Source: Thermodesulfobacteriota bacterium (GTDB taxonomy: Bacteria; Desulfobacterota; QYQD01). Taken from it: a stretch of DNA of 64,000 bases. Made by a program: the position numbers and the translations under genes. The stretch is from assembly GCA_031082315.1 (NCBI GenBank), contig JAVHLC010000002.1:147362-211361 (forward strand), given 5' to 3'. Positions 9,197 through 17,713 of the stretch are shown here, piece after piece. The notes beneath the pieces were generated by a model, which was not told where the DNA came from, made no database searches, and worked only from the letters and a program-made list of their open reading frames with translations. The number at the start of each line of letters is the position of its first letter. Position 1 is the stretch's first letter.

Positions 9197-10783
9197 TCAG
9201 TTGTGTTCGCGGGTCTTGAGGAAGACAATATCAGGCCAGTCTTCCATCACAAAACCAAGTCGCCACTCGCTGGGCGCCAGGTAGGCCAGGTGTCCTTCTG
9301 CATCATGCGCCATGTTGAGCAGGTGTTTCTTTTGAAACCCTTCCATTATTTTCTTGTCCCGGCAGCTGACCCATCGCGCCGTCGTGTATTCTACCGGTTC
9401 ATAGACCGCATCTACACCGTATTCGCCTTTGAGGCGTGCGACGGTTACGTCGAATTGTAGAATCCCCACTGCTCCCAGGATGTAGTCGTTTCCCTGAATC
9501 GGCCGAAAGACCTGAACCGCCCCCTCTTCCGCCAACTGCGTCAGGCCTTTTTGCAGTTGTTTGGCCTTGATGGGGTTCTTCAGGCGCACCCGCCGGAAGT
9601 GTTCCGGGGCAAAATTTGGAATGCCTGTGAACTTGAGGGGTTCCTTCTCGCTGAAGGTATCCCCGATCTTGATGGTTCCATGATTGTGGATGCCGATGAT
9701 GTCTCCGGGGTAAGCCTCTTCCACATTCATGCGGTCCTGAGCCATAAAAATAGTGGCATTGGCCAGGGCTACCTCTCTACCGGTCCGGTTGTGGCGGACT
9801 TTCATCCCGCGCGTGAATTTGCCTGAAACTATTCGGAGAAAGGCAATGCGGTCTCGATGCGCCGGGTCCATGTTTGCTTGTATCTTGAAAACGAACCCCG
9901 AAAATGGTTCTTCGTAGGGGTGGACTTCACGCGAGACGGCGGCCCTCGGCCCGGGGGCGGGCGCCATCTCTACGAAGGCGTCAAGCAGCTCCTTGACGCC
10001 AAAATTATTGATAGCGCTCCCAAAAAACACCGGGGTCTGGCTCCCTTTCAGATAGTGCCCGTGTTCAAAGGGGTTTGCCGCGCCCTCGATCAACTCCACG
10101 TCTCGGCGCAGGTCATCAGCCTGGGTGCCGAGGATTTCATCGAGCAGACTATCGGCCAGGTCGGTGACCGTTACCCCGTCCTGAATCCTAGTCTCTTGCC
10201 CCGGGGTAAAAAGACGCAGTTTCTTACGGTAGAAGTCATACACTCCTTTGAAGCGCTTGCCCCCTCCAATCGGCCAGGAGAGCGGCGTACACTCAATCTG
10301 GAGCTTGTCTTCGATGTCCGCAAGCACATCCAGGGGGGACATCCCGTCCCGGTCCAGCTTGTTGATGAAGGTTATGATCGGGGTATTACGCAGTCGGCAG
10401 ACCTCCATCAGTCTTTCCGTCTGCGGTTCCACGCCCTTTGCGCTGTCTATCACCATGAGGGCGCTATCCACCGCCGTGAGGACCCTGTACGTGTCTTCAG
10501 AAAAATCCTGGTGTCCGGGGGTGTCAAGCAGGTTTATCTCGAAATCACGGTAGTTGAATTTCATCACCGAAGTGGTAACTGATATGCCGCGCTCCCTCTC
10601 GATGGACATCCAGTCGCTGGTAGCATGACGGGCAGCCTTTCGGGCCTTCACGGCCCCGGCCAGCTGAATGGCCCCACCGAAGAGGAGCAATTTTTCCGTA
10701 AGGGTGGTTTTCCCGGCGTCAGGATGGCTGATGATGCCGAAAGTGCGCCGTCGGTCAACCTCTCTCTGATGTTCCTTGTTCAC
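9197..10783 (-). CDS. prfC: Peptide chain release factor 3 (RF3)
   Basis: 528 aa; GTPase motifs [30 protein letters not shown]; GTG start. Confidence 0.9.
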   Translation of the reverse strand: MNKEHQREVDRRRTFGIISHPDAGKTTLTEKLLLFGGAIQLAGAVKARKAARHATSDWMSIERERGISVTTSVMKFNYRDFEINLLDTPGHQDFSEDTYRVLTAVDSALMVIDSAKGVEPQTERLMEVCRLRNTPIITFINKLDRDGMSPLDVLADIEDKLQIECTPLSWPIGGGKRFKGVYDFYRKKLRLFTPGQETRIQDGVTVTDLADSLLDEILGTQADDLRRDVELIEGAANPFEHGHYLKGSQTPVFFGSAINNFGVKELLDAFVEMAPAPGPRAAVSREVHPYEEPFSGFVFKIQANMDPAHRDRIAFLRIVSGKFTRGMKVRHNRTGREVALANATIFMAQDRMNVEEAYPGDIIGIHNHGTIKIGDTFSEKEPLKFTGIPNFAPEHFRRVRLKNPIKAKQLQKGLTQLAEEGAVQVFRPIQGNDYILGAVGILQFDVTVARLKGEYGVDAVYEPVEYTTARWVSCRDKKIMEGFQKKHLLNMAHDAEGHLAYLAPSEWRLGFVMEDWPDIVFLKTREHN

Positions 10784-10785
10784 GC

Positions 10786-10890
10786 TATAAACCCCGAAAA
10801 AGATGGTTGTAAAACAAAAAAAATCGGGCCGTCAGGCCCGTTTGGTGTTTCGTAGTATACACAAAGATCAACGTTCAGTCAACGGCGGAT
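10786..10890 (-). promoter_or_regulatory. Repeated promoter-leader module upstream of prfC: -35 TTGACT / 17 bp / -10 TATACT, followed by hairpin GGGCCTGACGGCCC + U8 about 45 nt before the start codon
   Basis: Minus strand reads ...CCGTTGACTGAACGTTGATCTTTGTGTATACTACGAAACACCAAACGGGCCTGACGGCCCGATTTTTTTTGTTTTACAACCATCTTTT. Almost the same ~100 bp precedes the ABC-F gene at 13586-13690. Confidence 0.45.
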
Positions 10891-11143
10891 TGGGCCGCAT
10901 AGCGAAGACAAAGCTCGACCCGGTAGGTGATGGTGCGTTCCCGTCTCCGCCTTACATCTTATCTCAACATCGGGGGTGCCAAAGAGGATTGAACCTTTAA
11001 GCGATCAAAAACCGACCTTGAAACTGTTTTCTGTTGACAAGAAACCAGCTTCTAGCTAAGGTCGCGAAAGAACAAGATATTTGAAAGCTGAACGGCAGGC
11101 TCCTGGATGAAATTCCAAACCTGACCCCGGGAGGTGAAAAAGC

Positions 11144-11251
11144 ATGACCAAAGGCATGGACAGCAAAAAGAAAACCAAGAAGGAACCGGCCAAGACCCTG
11201 AAGGAAAAAAAGGCCGCGAAAAGAGCCAAGAAGGATGAGAAAAAACGCTAG
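11144..11251 (+). CDS. Possible small lysine-rich protein (35 aa; MTKGMDSKKKTKKEPAKTLKEKKAAKRAKKDEKKR)
   Basis: Strong RBS GGGAGGTG 6 nt upstream of the ATG; below the ORF-track size cutoff; its 3' end meets the convergent minus-strand exonuclease gene. Confidence 0.3.
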   Translation: MTKGMDSKKKTKKEPAKTLKEKKAAKRAKKDEKKR

Positions 11252-11877
11252 GAGCCTGCCGAATCTCCTGAATCCCTGATCTGCAGGAGTTTTTGAAAGA
11301 GTATCCGGCCCAGCCAGGCATCGGTGGCCGCATATCGAATTTGCGGCGGGGTCAGTGTGCTTCGTGCCCAATTGGAAGTCTGGGCTGCCTTGGAAATGCG
11401 TAGCCCCAGCAGAACGGCGGCAAGTCCCCGCAAGCCCTGATTTAGAAGACCCGCTTCTCTGGCCATCCTGTCGAGGTCCACGCACCGTGCCGGCTGGAAG
11501 GGGGCTAGTTCCTGCAATTCCCGGATATCATACGTCAGAGCGACGCCGGCCTTGGTGATCTCGGGCTGCGCCAAGAGGCGGCGGAGCGGTTTGGGCAGGC
11601 CGAGGTACTGCAACTGGAAAATGAAAACCTCCTGTTCGCCTGCGAGCTGCAGCAGTGACGGCGGGTAACTCTCTCCCTTTTTGAAGGCAGGCCTGGTTTC
11701 CGTGTCCAACCCTAGCAGGGTTTCCTTTGCCAAATGCCGGACCGCATCGGCCAGCTCCCCGGCAGTGCGGATGACGTGAACCGGTCCACGCCATTTGGTC
11801 ATAGGGCAGGCGTTGATTTCCTTTTTGTTCAGCCGCCGGGCAACTCCCCGGCCGTCGCCGGCCTCTTTTCCGGACAT
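11248..11877 (-). CDS. 3'-5' exonuclease domain protein (DEDDy / RNase D-like)
   Basis: LGLDTETRPAFKKGESYPPSLLQLAGEQEVFIFQ (Exo I DTE motif); C-terminal YAATDA (Exo III). An alternative start at 11802 (MTKWRG) is possible; 11877 has a GGGGAG RBS. Confidence 0.6.
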   Translation of the reverse strand: MSGKEAGDGRGVARRLNKKEINACPMTKWRGPVHVIRTAGELADAVRHLAKETLLGLDTETRPAFKKGESYPPSLLQLAGEQEVFIFQLQYLGLPKPLRRLLAQPEITKAGVALTYDIRELQELAPFQPARCVDLDRMAREAGLLNQGLRGLAAVLLGLRISKAAQTSNWARSTLTPPQIRYAATDAWLGRILFQKLLQIRDSGDSAGS

Positions 11878-11934
11878 TACTTATTCTCCCCGGTGATTGG
11901 ATATCTCTCCGATTTTGGAGGGAGGGCTAGAGAT

Positions 11935-13563
11935 TCAGCTCGCCATTGCCTGGCAGAGATCACCTCTGAGCCTCGTCACCTCCCCGTCTTCCAGATAATC
12001 GTCATAATTTGTCATCCGATCTATGATTCCGGTCGGCGTAATCTCGATGATCCGGTTCGCCACTGTGGCGACGGACTGGTGATCATGGGAAGCGAAAAGC
12101 ACCACCTCAGGGAAGGCGATGAGGCCGTTGTTGAGGGCGGTGATCGATTCAAGGTCCAGGTGATTGGTCGGCTCATCGAAGATGAGAGCGTTGGCGTCGG
12201 CCAGCATCATCCGCGCCAGCATACAGCGGACCCGCTCGCCGCCGGAAAGGACGCCGACCTGCTTGAGCGCCTCTTCGCCGGAGAAGAGCATCCGGCCGAG
12301 AAACCCGCGGACGAAGTTCTCGCCCTCGGTGATGGGCGCAAACTGGCGGAGCCATTCGATCAGGTTCAGGTCATGGGCGAAGTAGTCGCTGTTCTCCTTA
12401 GGAAAATAGGCGGTGGAGATGGTCTGGCCCCAGCGGAAGCTGCCGCTGTCCGGCGCCATTTCCCCGGTCAGGATCTGGAAAAGGGTCGTCCTGGCCAGGG
12501 TGCTGTCGCCGACAAAGGCGATTTTGTCCCCCTTGTTGACGGTGAGGGTTAAATTGTGCAAGGCCGTGACCCCGTCCACCTCCTTGCAGAGGTCCTTGAT
12601 CTCGAGGATGATGTCGCCGCAGGGCCGCCCGGGCTTGAACACCACATAGGGGTATTTCCGCGACGAGACCGGCATGTCCTCGATGGTGAGCTTTTCCAAC
12701 AGTTTTTTCCGCGAGGTGGCCTGCTTCGCCTTGGAGGCGTTGGAGCTGAAACGCTGGATGAACGCCTTGAGCTCGTCGGCCCGGGCCGTGGCCTTTTTGT
12801 TCTCATTCTGCCTCTGCTTGAGAATCAACTGGCTGGCCTCGTACCAGAAGTCGTAGTTCCCAACATACACCTGGATGCGGCCGAAGTCGATATCCGCCAT
12901 ATGGGTGCAGACCTGATTCAGGAAATGGCGGTCATGGGAAACGATAATGGTCGTGTTCTGAAATCGGAAAAGGAAATTCTCCAGCCAGGCGATGGATTGC
13001 TGGTCCAGATTGTTGGTCGGCTCGTCAAGCAGAAGGATGTCCGGGTTACCGAACAAGGCCTGCGCGAGCAGCACTCGCACTTTGTCGCCGCCATCGAGCT
13101 CCTTCATCTTCTTCTGGCGCAGATCCTCATGAATGCCGAGACCGTTGAGCAGCACCGCCACCTCGGATTCAATGTCATAGCCGTTCATCGCCGCGAATTC
13201 GCCCTCGACCTCCCCACAGCGAAGGCCGTCCGCTTCCGAGAGATCGGGCTTGGCGTAGAGCGCCTCCCGCTCGGCCATCAGTTGGTAGAGCCTTCGGTGC
13301 CCCATGATGACGGTATGGAAGACCGTTTCCTCGTCAAAGGCGAAATGGTCCTGCCGCAGCACCGCAATCCGCTCGCCGGCCCCGACCGTAATTTCTCCCT
13401 TGTCCGGTTCTATTTCGCCGGCGAGGATCTGGAGAAAGGTGGACTTGCCGGCGCCGTTGGCGCCGATCAGGCCGTAACAGTTGCCGGGGGTGAATTTGAT
13501 GTTGACGTCCTTAAAAATAACCCTCTTGCCGTAGGCGAGGGCGACATTCGATGCGTTGATCAT
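11935..13563 (-). CDS. ABC-F family ATPase (YbiT/EttA-like translation factor); two ABC cassettes, no transmembrane domain
   Basis: 542 aa; Walker A GANGAGKST and a second GxxGxGKS; signature LSGG motifs; Walker B LLLDEPTN. Confidence 0.85.
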   Translation of the reverse strand: MINASNVALAYGKRVIFKDVNIKFTPGNCYGLIGANGAGKSTFLQILAGEIEPDKGEITVGAGERIAVLRQDHFAFDEETVFHTVIMGHRRLYQLMAEREALYAKPDLSEADGLRCGEVEGEFAAMNGYDIESEVAVLLNGLGIHEDLRQKKMKELDGGDKVRVLLAQALFGNPDILLLDEPTNNLDQQSIAWLENFLFRFQNTTIIVSHDRHFLNQVCTHMADIDFGRIQVYVGNYDFWYEASQLILKQRQNENKKATARADELKAFIQRFSSNASKAKQATSRKKLLEKLTIEDMPVSSRKYPYVVFKPGRPCGDIILEIKDLCKEVDGVTALHNLTLTVNKGDKIAFVGDSTLARTTLFQILTGEMAPDSGSFRWGQTISTAYFPKENSDYFAHDLNLIEWLRQFAPITEGENFVRGFLGRMLFSGEEALKQVGVLSGGERVRCMLARMMLADANALIFDEPTNHLDLESITALNNGLIAFPEVVLFASHDHQSVATVANRIIEITPTGIIDRMTNYDDYLEDGEVTRLRGDLCQAMAS

Positions 13564-13585
13564 TCTTGCCTTCCTAAAACTGATG

Positions 13586-13690
13586 AATTCCCAAAAAGAT
13601 GGTTGTAAAACAAAAAAAATCGGGCCGTCAGGCCCGTTTGGTGTTTCGTATTGTACACAAAAAACAGCGTTCAGTCAACGGCGGATTGTG
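13586..13690 (-). promoter_or_regulatory. Second copy of the promoter-leader module (-35 TTGACT / 17 bp / -10 TACAAT; hairpin GGGCCTGACGGCCC + U8) upstream of the ABC-F gene
   Basis: Near-identical to 10786-10890; lies 25-125 nt upstream of the ABC-F start codon. Confidence 0.45.
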
Positions 13691-13881
13691 GATTGCTCAT
13701 GTCCGGGACCTTTCCCGCATGCCTCACCGGTGCAACCCTCTTCATAACCTTTCTCCATCCGTGCAACCTAAAGGTCGTCCTGAACGTGCTTTCCATGTAA
13801 GAAAGCTTTGAACATGCATAGCGAGCGCATTCCCCGCTGCTCGCGGCGGGGAATATCGCTGCGCGGTGTGGGGAAAAAGGG

Positions 13882-14229
13882 CTAAGCCTGCTGAGGCGCT
13901 GCGCCCTCTTCCTTCTTCTTTTTCTTCTTGGGCTTGGCTTCGGGGGGCGGCGCGGCGACTTTCTTTGCCTTGGAGGTCTCTTCCTTGGGCCTTGCCAAGC
14001 GCTCCGCCTTGATCGTGGCCAACTCCGCCGTTCGCTTCTCCGTGGCGTCGATCGCCCGCAAACGGGCCTGCGATTCCTTGATCTTTGCCTTCAATCCCTT
14101 GACGAGCACATCGCGCGCGATCTTTTTCTTGTCCGCCCCCTTCTCCGCAAGAAGCGCCAGACGCTTCTGCAACTTCACTTCCCATTCGGCCTTCTGTTTC
14201 AGCCGCGTTTCCCTGCGTTCGGATGCCAT
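13882..14229 (-). CDS. Hypothetical lysine-rich coiled-coil protein (115 aa; C-terminal AKPKKKKKKEEG tail)
   Basis: Coding-like composition; highly basic with KAK repeats; no recognisable domain. Confidence 0.45.
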   Translation of the reverse strand: MASERRETRLKQKAEWEVKLQKRLALLAEKGADKKKIARDVLVKGLKAKIKESQARLRAIDATEKRTAELATIKAERLARPKEETSKAKKVAAPPPEAKPKKKKKKEEGAAPQQA

Positions 14230-14613
14230 TGGTTTCTCCTTTTTGGTTTTTCCGTGTCGGGTATCTTCACTGTTTCCTCATCATCGTGCCCGGAGACGGA
14301 AGTTACCTCTTACCAGAATTTCCGCCGAAAATCCAGTTAATTTGGCCGGCCGTCATAAGGAGCCAAACACCCAATCTCTTTGACCTTGTACCGGGATTGA
14401 AGTTCGGGGGTCAGTGGGCTACAGTCAATGCTGCATTGAGCATATATCTCGCTGATTTTTTGATAGAACCGCCTTTCAGAAGCCCGTATCTCGCGGTATT
14501 ATCTTTCCTGTAACAACCTCTTCTGCGGATCACAGCAGACGAGAAATGCCTGTTGTTCTAAAAGTGATAATTTTCAAGAATGTCCCGGTGTCCCTCCCGA
14601 GTGAGTCTATCTA

Positions 14614-14802
14614 TTAAAGGGTTGCGGTCTTTTTTTCTGCGCGCATACGATCCCTGATCTTCTTGGCCCTATCAGGCATGGCATAATAGAAAAACTCCAT
14701 TTGCGCCTCAAGCCACTTGATCTTTTGAAGAGCCGGCCGCTTCCGGTACTCTTTTATCTGCTCTATCGTCCTATAATATAACAGTGGCGTTTTATTCATC
14801 AC
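14614..14802 (-). CDS. Small protein (62 aa) overlapping the upstream nucleotidyltransferase gene by 11 nt; possible partner of a toxin-antitoxin-like pair
   Basis: MMNKTPLLYYRTIEQIKEYRKRPALQKIKWLEAQMEFFYYAMPDRAKKIRDRMRAEKK; operonic overlap with the NTase gene. Confidence 0.35.
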   Translation of the reverse strand: MMNKTPLLYYRTIEQIKEYRKRPALQKIKWLEAQMEFFYYAMPDRAKKIRDRMRAEKKTATL

Positions 14803-15301
14803 CCCACTCCTTTTCTATCTTTCTAAGATAATAGACATCGGCAATATCTTGAGGTCTGCCGACCTTCTTCTTCATCTCAATAAGCCGTTTTATAGGGACA
14901 AGTGGAATCCTCACATTTCCAGCCTTGATATTTTTCCGTTCTCCATAAACCTTATCAAAGTCAAACGGTTCCTCTACAAATACATCCAATAGGAAATATG
15001 GATTCTGCGGGTCATAAACGCTGAAAACCTTCATCCCCTTTTCACGAACCCACTTGTCCCTCATCTCCTTACTGCACAGATCTTCAAGTTTCACCGGAAT
15101 TTTGGGCCTGAAGCCTAACTCCTTCATGACCTCCACAAACTTTTCAAGATTATGCCGCTCCAGATGAACAACGATATCTATATCGCCTGTGGCTCGTTCA
15201 ATCCCATAAAGATTGACAGCCACTCCACCGGCGACGAGATAGCGAACCTTCTTATTGTTCAGGGTTGAAAACAGGTTAAGGATGTTTAATTTATCGCTCA
15301 T
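14792..15301 (-). CDS. Pol-beta-superfamily nucleotidyltransferase-fold protein (MNT-like)
   Basis: GG...G-x9-TGDIDIVV (GS...DxD NTase signature); 169 aa; preceded by a 41-nt leader identical to the one before the AlbA_2 gene. Confidence 0.6.
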   Translation of the reverse strand: MSDKLNILNLFSTLNNKKVRYLVAGGVAVNLYGIERATGDIDIVVHLERHNLEKFVEVMKELGFRPKIPVKLEDLCSKEMRDKWVREKGMKVFSVYDPQNPYFLLDVFVEEPFDFDKVYGERKNIKAGNVRIPLVPIKRLIEMKKKVGRPQDIADVYYLRKIEKEWGDE

Positions 15302-15395
15302 ATCGTCTTAAAGTCCATACCTTCTACGAACGTTTCAATACCGGTCATTGCCTCCAGGATATTTTTCAGGTAGTTCCAGTTTAGGAAATGTCATT

Positions 15396-16766
15396 TCATT
15401 TTTTCACCACTTCCCAATAGCCACCCTTGTCCGGGCCGATGCGCTTGAGAACTCCTTTTTTCCTAAGTCTGGTTATATGGTATTTTACTCCGTCTTCGGT
15501 TATCCCTATAACCGTTGCAAGTTCTTTTTGAGTAATATCTGATTTCTTAGTAATAGCTTCTATGATTTTCTGGGTAGTTTTCTGGGTAGTTTTCTGGGTA
15601 ATATCTTCTACCCCTTTTTCACCCAACTTTTCAAATCCTTTCTTGCCCTCAAAATAACTCCTACGCTTAAAAGTAGTAATAAACTTTGTCCCTACCTCGC
15701 TGAATTCAGTATCAGGTTCTTTTGAGAGCATAAGCTTGATACCCCTGCCCCATTTCTCTATGAAATGAACACGATGAAGCATCTCTGCAATCAGCTCGTT
15801 TCTTCTTTCTGAGACCATCTTTGTCCTGATGGTCTCTATGGTCAGCCCACCATAAAGCAGCCCCGGGCTCCTTATTTCAACACGATCTTTAAAAACAGCG
15901 ATGTTAACAGAATCAAACTCCCGGTAATCCCTATGGCAGAAGGCATTGATTATTGCTTCTCTGAAAGCCGCCTTGTCAATTTCAGGCACATCTACCCTTC
16001 TTAACCCTTCCAGCTTCATGCCGATATGAATATTTTTCAGGATGTATCCTTCGGCTTTTTCGATCAGGTAGAAGAGATCTCCTTCAAAATCCTGCATATC
16101 AATGGTAAACGATGTGTCTGTTGTGCCGAAAACAGCGCATCTGAGACGGGCATTGGGGAAAAATGCCTGCGGTTTTTTGGCAAATAAGATTACGGCTGCA
16201 TTGAGGGGCTTACCGTCAGACATGAGCTTTAATTTTTCAAGCGCATTGCGTACAGTGTCATATTTCAGCACTGAACCTTTCAAAAAAGATTTGACTTTAG
16301 TTGCGCTTATGTCTGTGATCTTTGCTTCTTTGCAAATTTCGGTATCCCATCTTAATTTATCCTTATTCTTTCCGAGAATCAGCCCTTCGAGTTCTTTAGC
16401 GCTTAATTGCCGGTCTTCATCCGCCACCCTTATATATGCCCTGCCATATGCAAAATAGGGAATATCGTTACCCTTAAACCGGACTTTAATACATGCCTTG
16501 CCGTCTATTTCGATACGGTTTATGTGAGGATAGATTTTGGGTTCAATATGGTCTGCAATGGATTTTGATACATCACGGATTGTTTTTTCCGTTACGTTCT
16601 GACCGGCTACAATGCCATTGTTTTTAATTCCAAAAAATAATTCTCCGTGTTGATGTTTATTGAGAATTGCCGCTATAGATATGATCGCCTCTTTAATCTC
16701 AGAAGTAGATTTTTTAAGTTCCAATGTTTCAGATTCAATAAATTTCATATTAAGCTTACGACTCAT
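15396..16766 (-). CDS. Schlafen/AlbA_2-type divergent AAA ATPase with C-terminal HATPase-like and wHTH regions (RecG-C-terminal-like 'putative transcriptional regulator' family)
   Basis: 456 aa; N-terminal region resembling an AlbA_2 fold (…ELKKSTSEIKEAIISIAAILNKHQHGELFFGIKNNGIVAGQ…). Internal tandem repeat TQKTTQKTTQK from three 12-bp DNA repeats at about 15570-15605. C-terminal HTH (ITQKELATVIGITEDGVKYHITRLRKKG). Confidence 0.55.
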   Translation of the reverse strand: MSRKLNMKFIESETLELKKSTSEIKEAIISIAAILNKHQHGELFFGIKNNGIVAGQNVTEKTIRDVSKSIADHIEPKIYPHINRIEIDGKACIKVRFKGNDIPYFAYGRAYIRVADEDRQLSAKELEGLILGKNKDKLRWDTEICKEAKITDISATKVKSFLKGSVLKYDTVRNALEKLKLMSDGKPLNAAVILFAKKPQAFFPNARLRCAVFGTTDTSFTIDMQDFEGDLFYLIEKAEGYILKNIHIGMKLEGLRRVDVPEIDKAAFREAIINAFCHRDYREFDSVNIAVFKDRVEIRSPGLLYGGLTIETIRTKMVSERRNELIAEMLHRVHFIEKWGRGIKLMLSKEPDTEFSEVGTKFITTFKRRSYFEGKKGFEKLGEKGVEDITQKTTQKTTQKIIEAITKKSDITQKELATVIGITEDGVKYHITRLRKKGVLKRIGPDKGGYWEVVKK

Positions 16767-16852
16767 ATCGTCTTAAAGTCCATACCTTCTACGAACGTTT
16801 CAATAGAAGAATTTTATGATCATCTCCCCTCTTCCCGCCTGTCGATGGAGCT

Positions 16853-17713
16853 TCAATTACTTAAGGACGGCTCGGCGCACCCTCCGTCTAGGTCGTAGTT
16901 CGCAATTGCCAATTCAGTCGTGATTTGGCGCTTGCAAACTACTGCTGCCAGCACGCTGTGCCGACGCAGCACGGCATAGTTCCATTCCGCAGCGGAATAG
17001 AGCCTCTTGATGCTGGGCGAGTCCGCATTTGACACGAGGACCAAAGCCCCCCGCCTGGAGGCTTCGCCAACAGCAGCCGCAAGGCGTTCCTGGTCTTCCC
17101 AGCAAAAAAGGCGTTCATTGTACTTAATGAAATTGTTCTGGTTGTGCTGGACCGTGTATGGAGGATCTACGTAAACGAAGTCACCTGCACCTGCTTCATA
17201 CAGCACTTCTTCAAAGTCACCACAGACTAAATGCGCAGACCGTAACGCATTCGCGACCGTTGAGAAATCATCATCGGGGAATGTGACAGTATCCTTGGTT
17301 CCTTTTGGCACGTTGAAAACGCCTTGCCTATTCACACGATAGAGGCCATTGAAACAAGTCCTGTTTAAGTAGATAAATCTGGCCGCACGAGAAGCAGCAG
17401 TTCTCGGCTTGCTGGTGCGGATCCGGTAGTAGTGTTCCTTACTGTGACGCTGCCGATGCCATAGAAGTCTCTCCCATACCAATCGCCAGTCGTCCCGTAT
17501 TGCGTAGTATGTCTCAATAAGGTCGTGATTCGCATCGCTGAGATAAGCATGACTAGGGCATAGGCCGAAAAAGACAGCCCCACTACCCAAAAACGGCTCG
17601 AAATACCGGTTGTATGACTTAGGAAAAACCGTACGGTGGTCAGACACAAGCCACCTCTTGCCTCCCGCCCATTTTAAGAATGGTTTCACACGCTGCCGGG
17701 TGTCCACAGTCAT
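16853..17713 (-). CDS. DNA N6-adenine methyltransferase, Dam/D12 class
   Basis: KWAGGKRWL (SAM-binding motif I), EPFLGSGAV, DPPY (catalytic motif IV); 286 aa. Confidence 0.85.
   Translation of the reverse strand: MTVDTRQRVKPFLKWAGGKRWLVSDHRTVFPKSYNRYFEPFLGSGAVFFGLCPSHAYLSDANHDLIETYYAIRDDWRLVWERLLWHRQRHSKEHYYRIRTSKPRTAASRAARFIYLNRTCFNGLYRVNRQGVFNVPKGTKDTVTFPDDDFSTVANALRSAHLVCGDFEEVLYEAGAGDFVYVDPPYTVQHNQNNFIKYNERLFCWEDQERLAAAVGEASRRGALVLVSNADSPSIKRLYSAAEWNYAVLRRHSVLAAVVCKRQITTELAIANYDLDGGCAEPSLSN

Noticed and set aside
10803-11000. Near-identical 65-70-aa + ORFs starting [16 protein letters not shown] (also 13599-13811)
   Set aside because: They arise from the duplicated promoter/leader repeat and diverge immediately outside it; interpreted as non-coding repeat sequence, not a conserved small protein.
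12556-13608. 350-aa + strand ORF
   Set aside because: Entirely antisense to the ABC-F gene (clear Walker/LSGG motifs on the minus strand); a typical long antisense ORF in a GC-rich coding region. Same reasoning applies to 11734-12552 (+) and 9857-10582 (+), antisense to the ABC-F and prfC genes.
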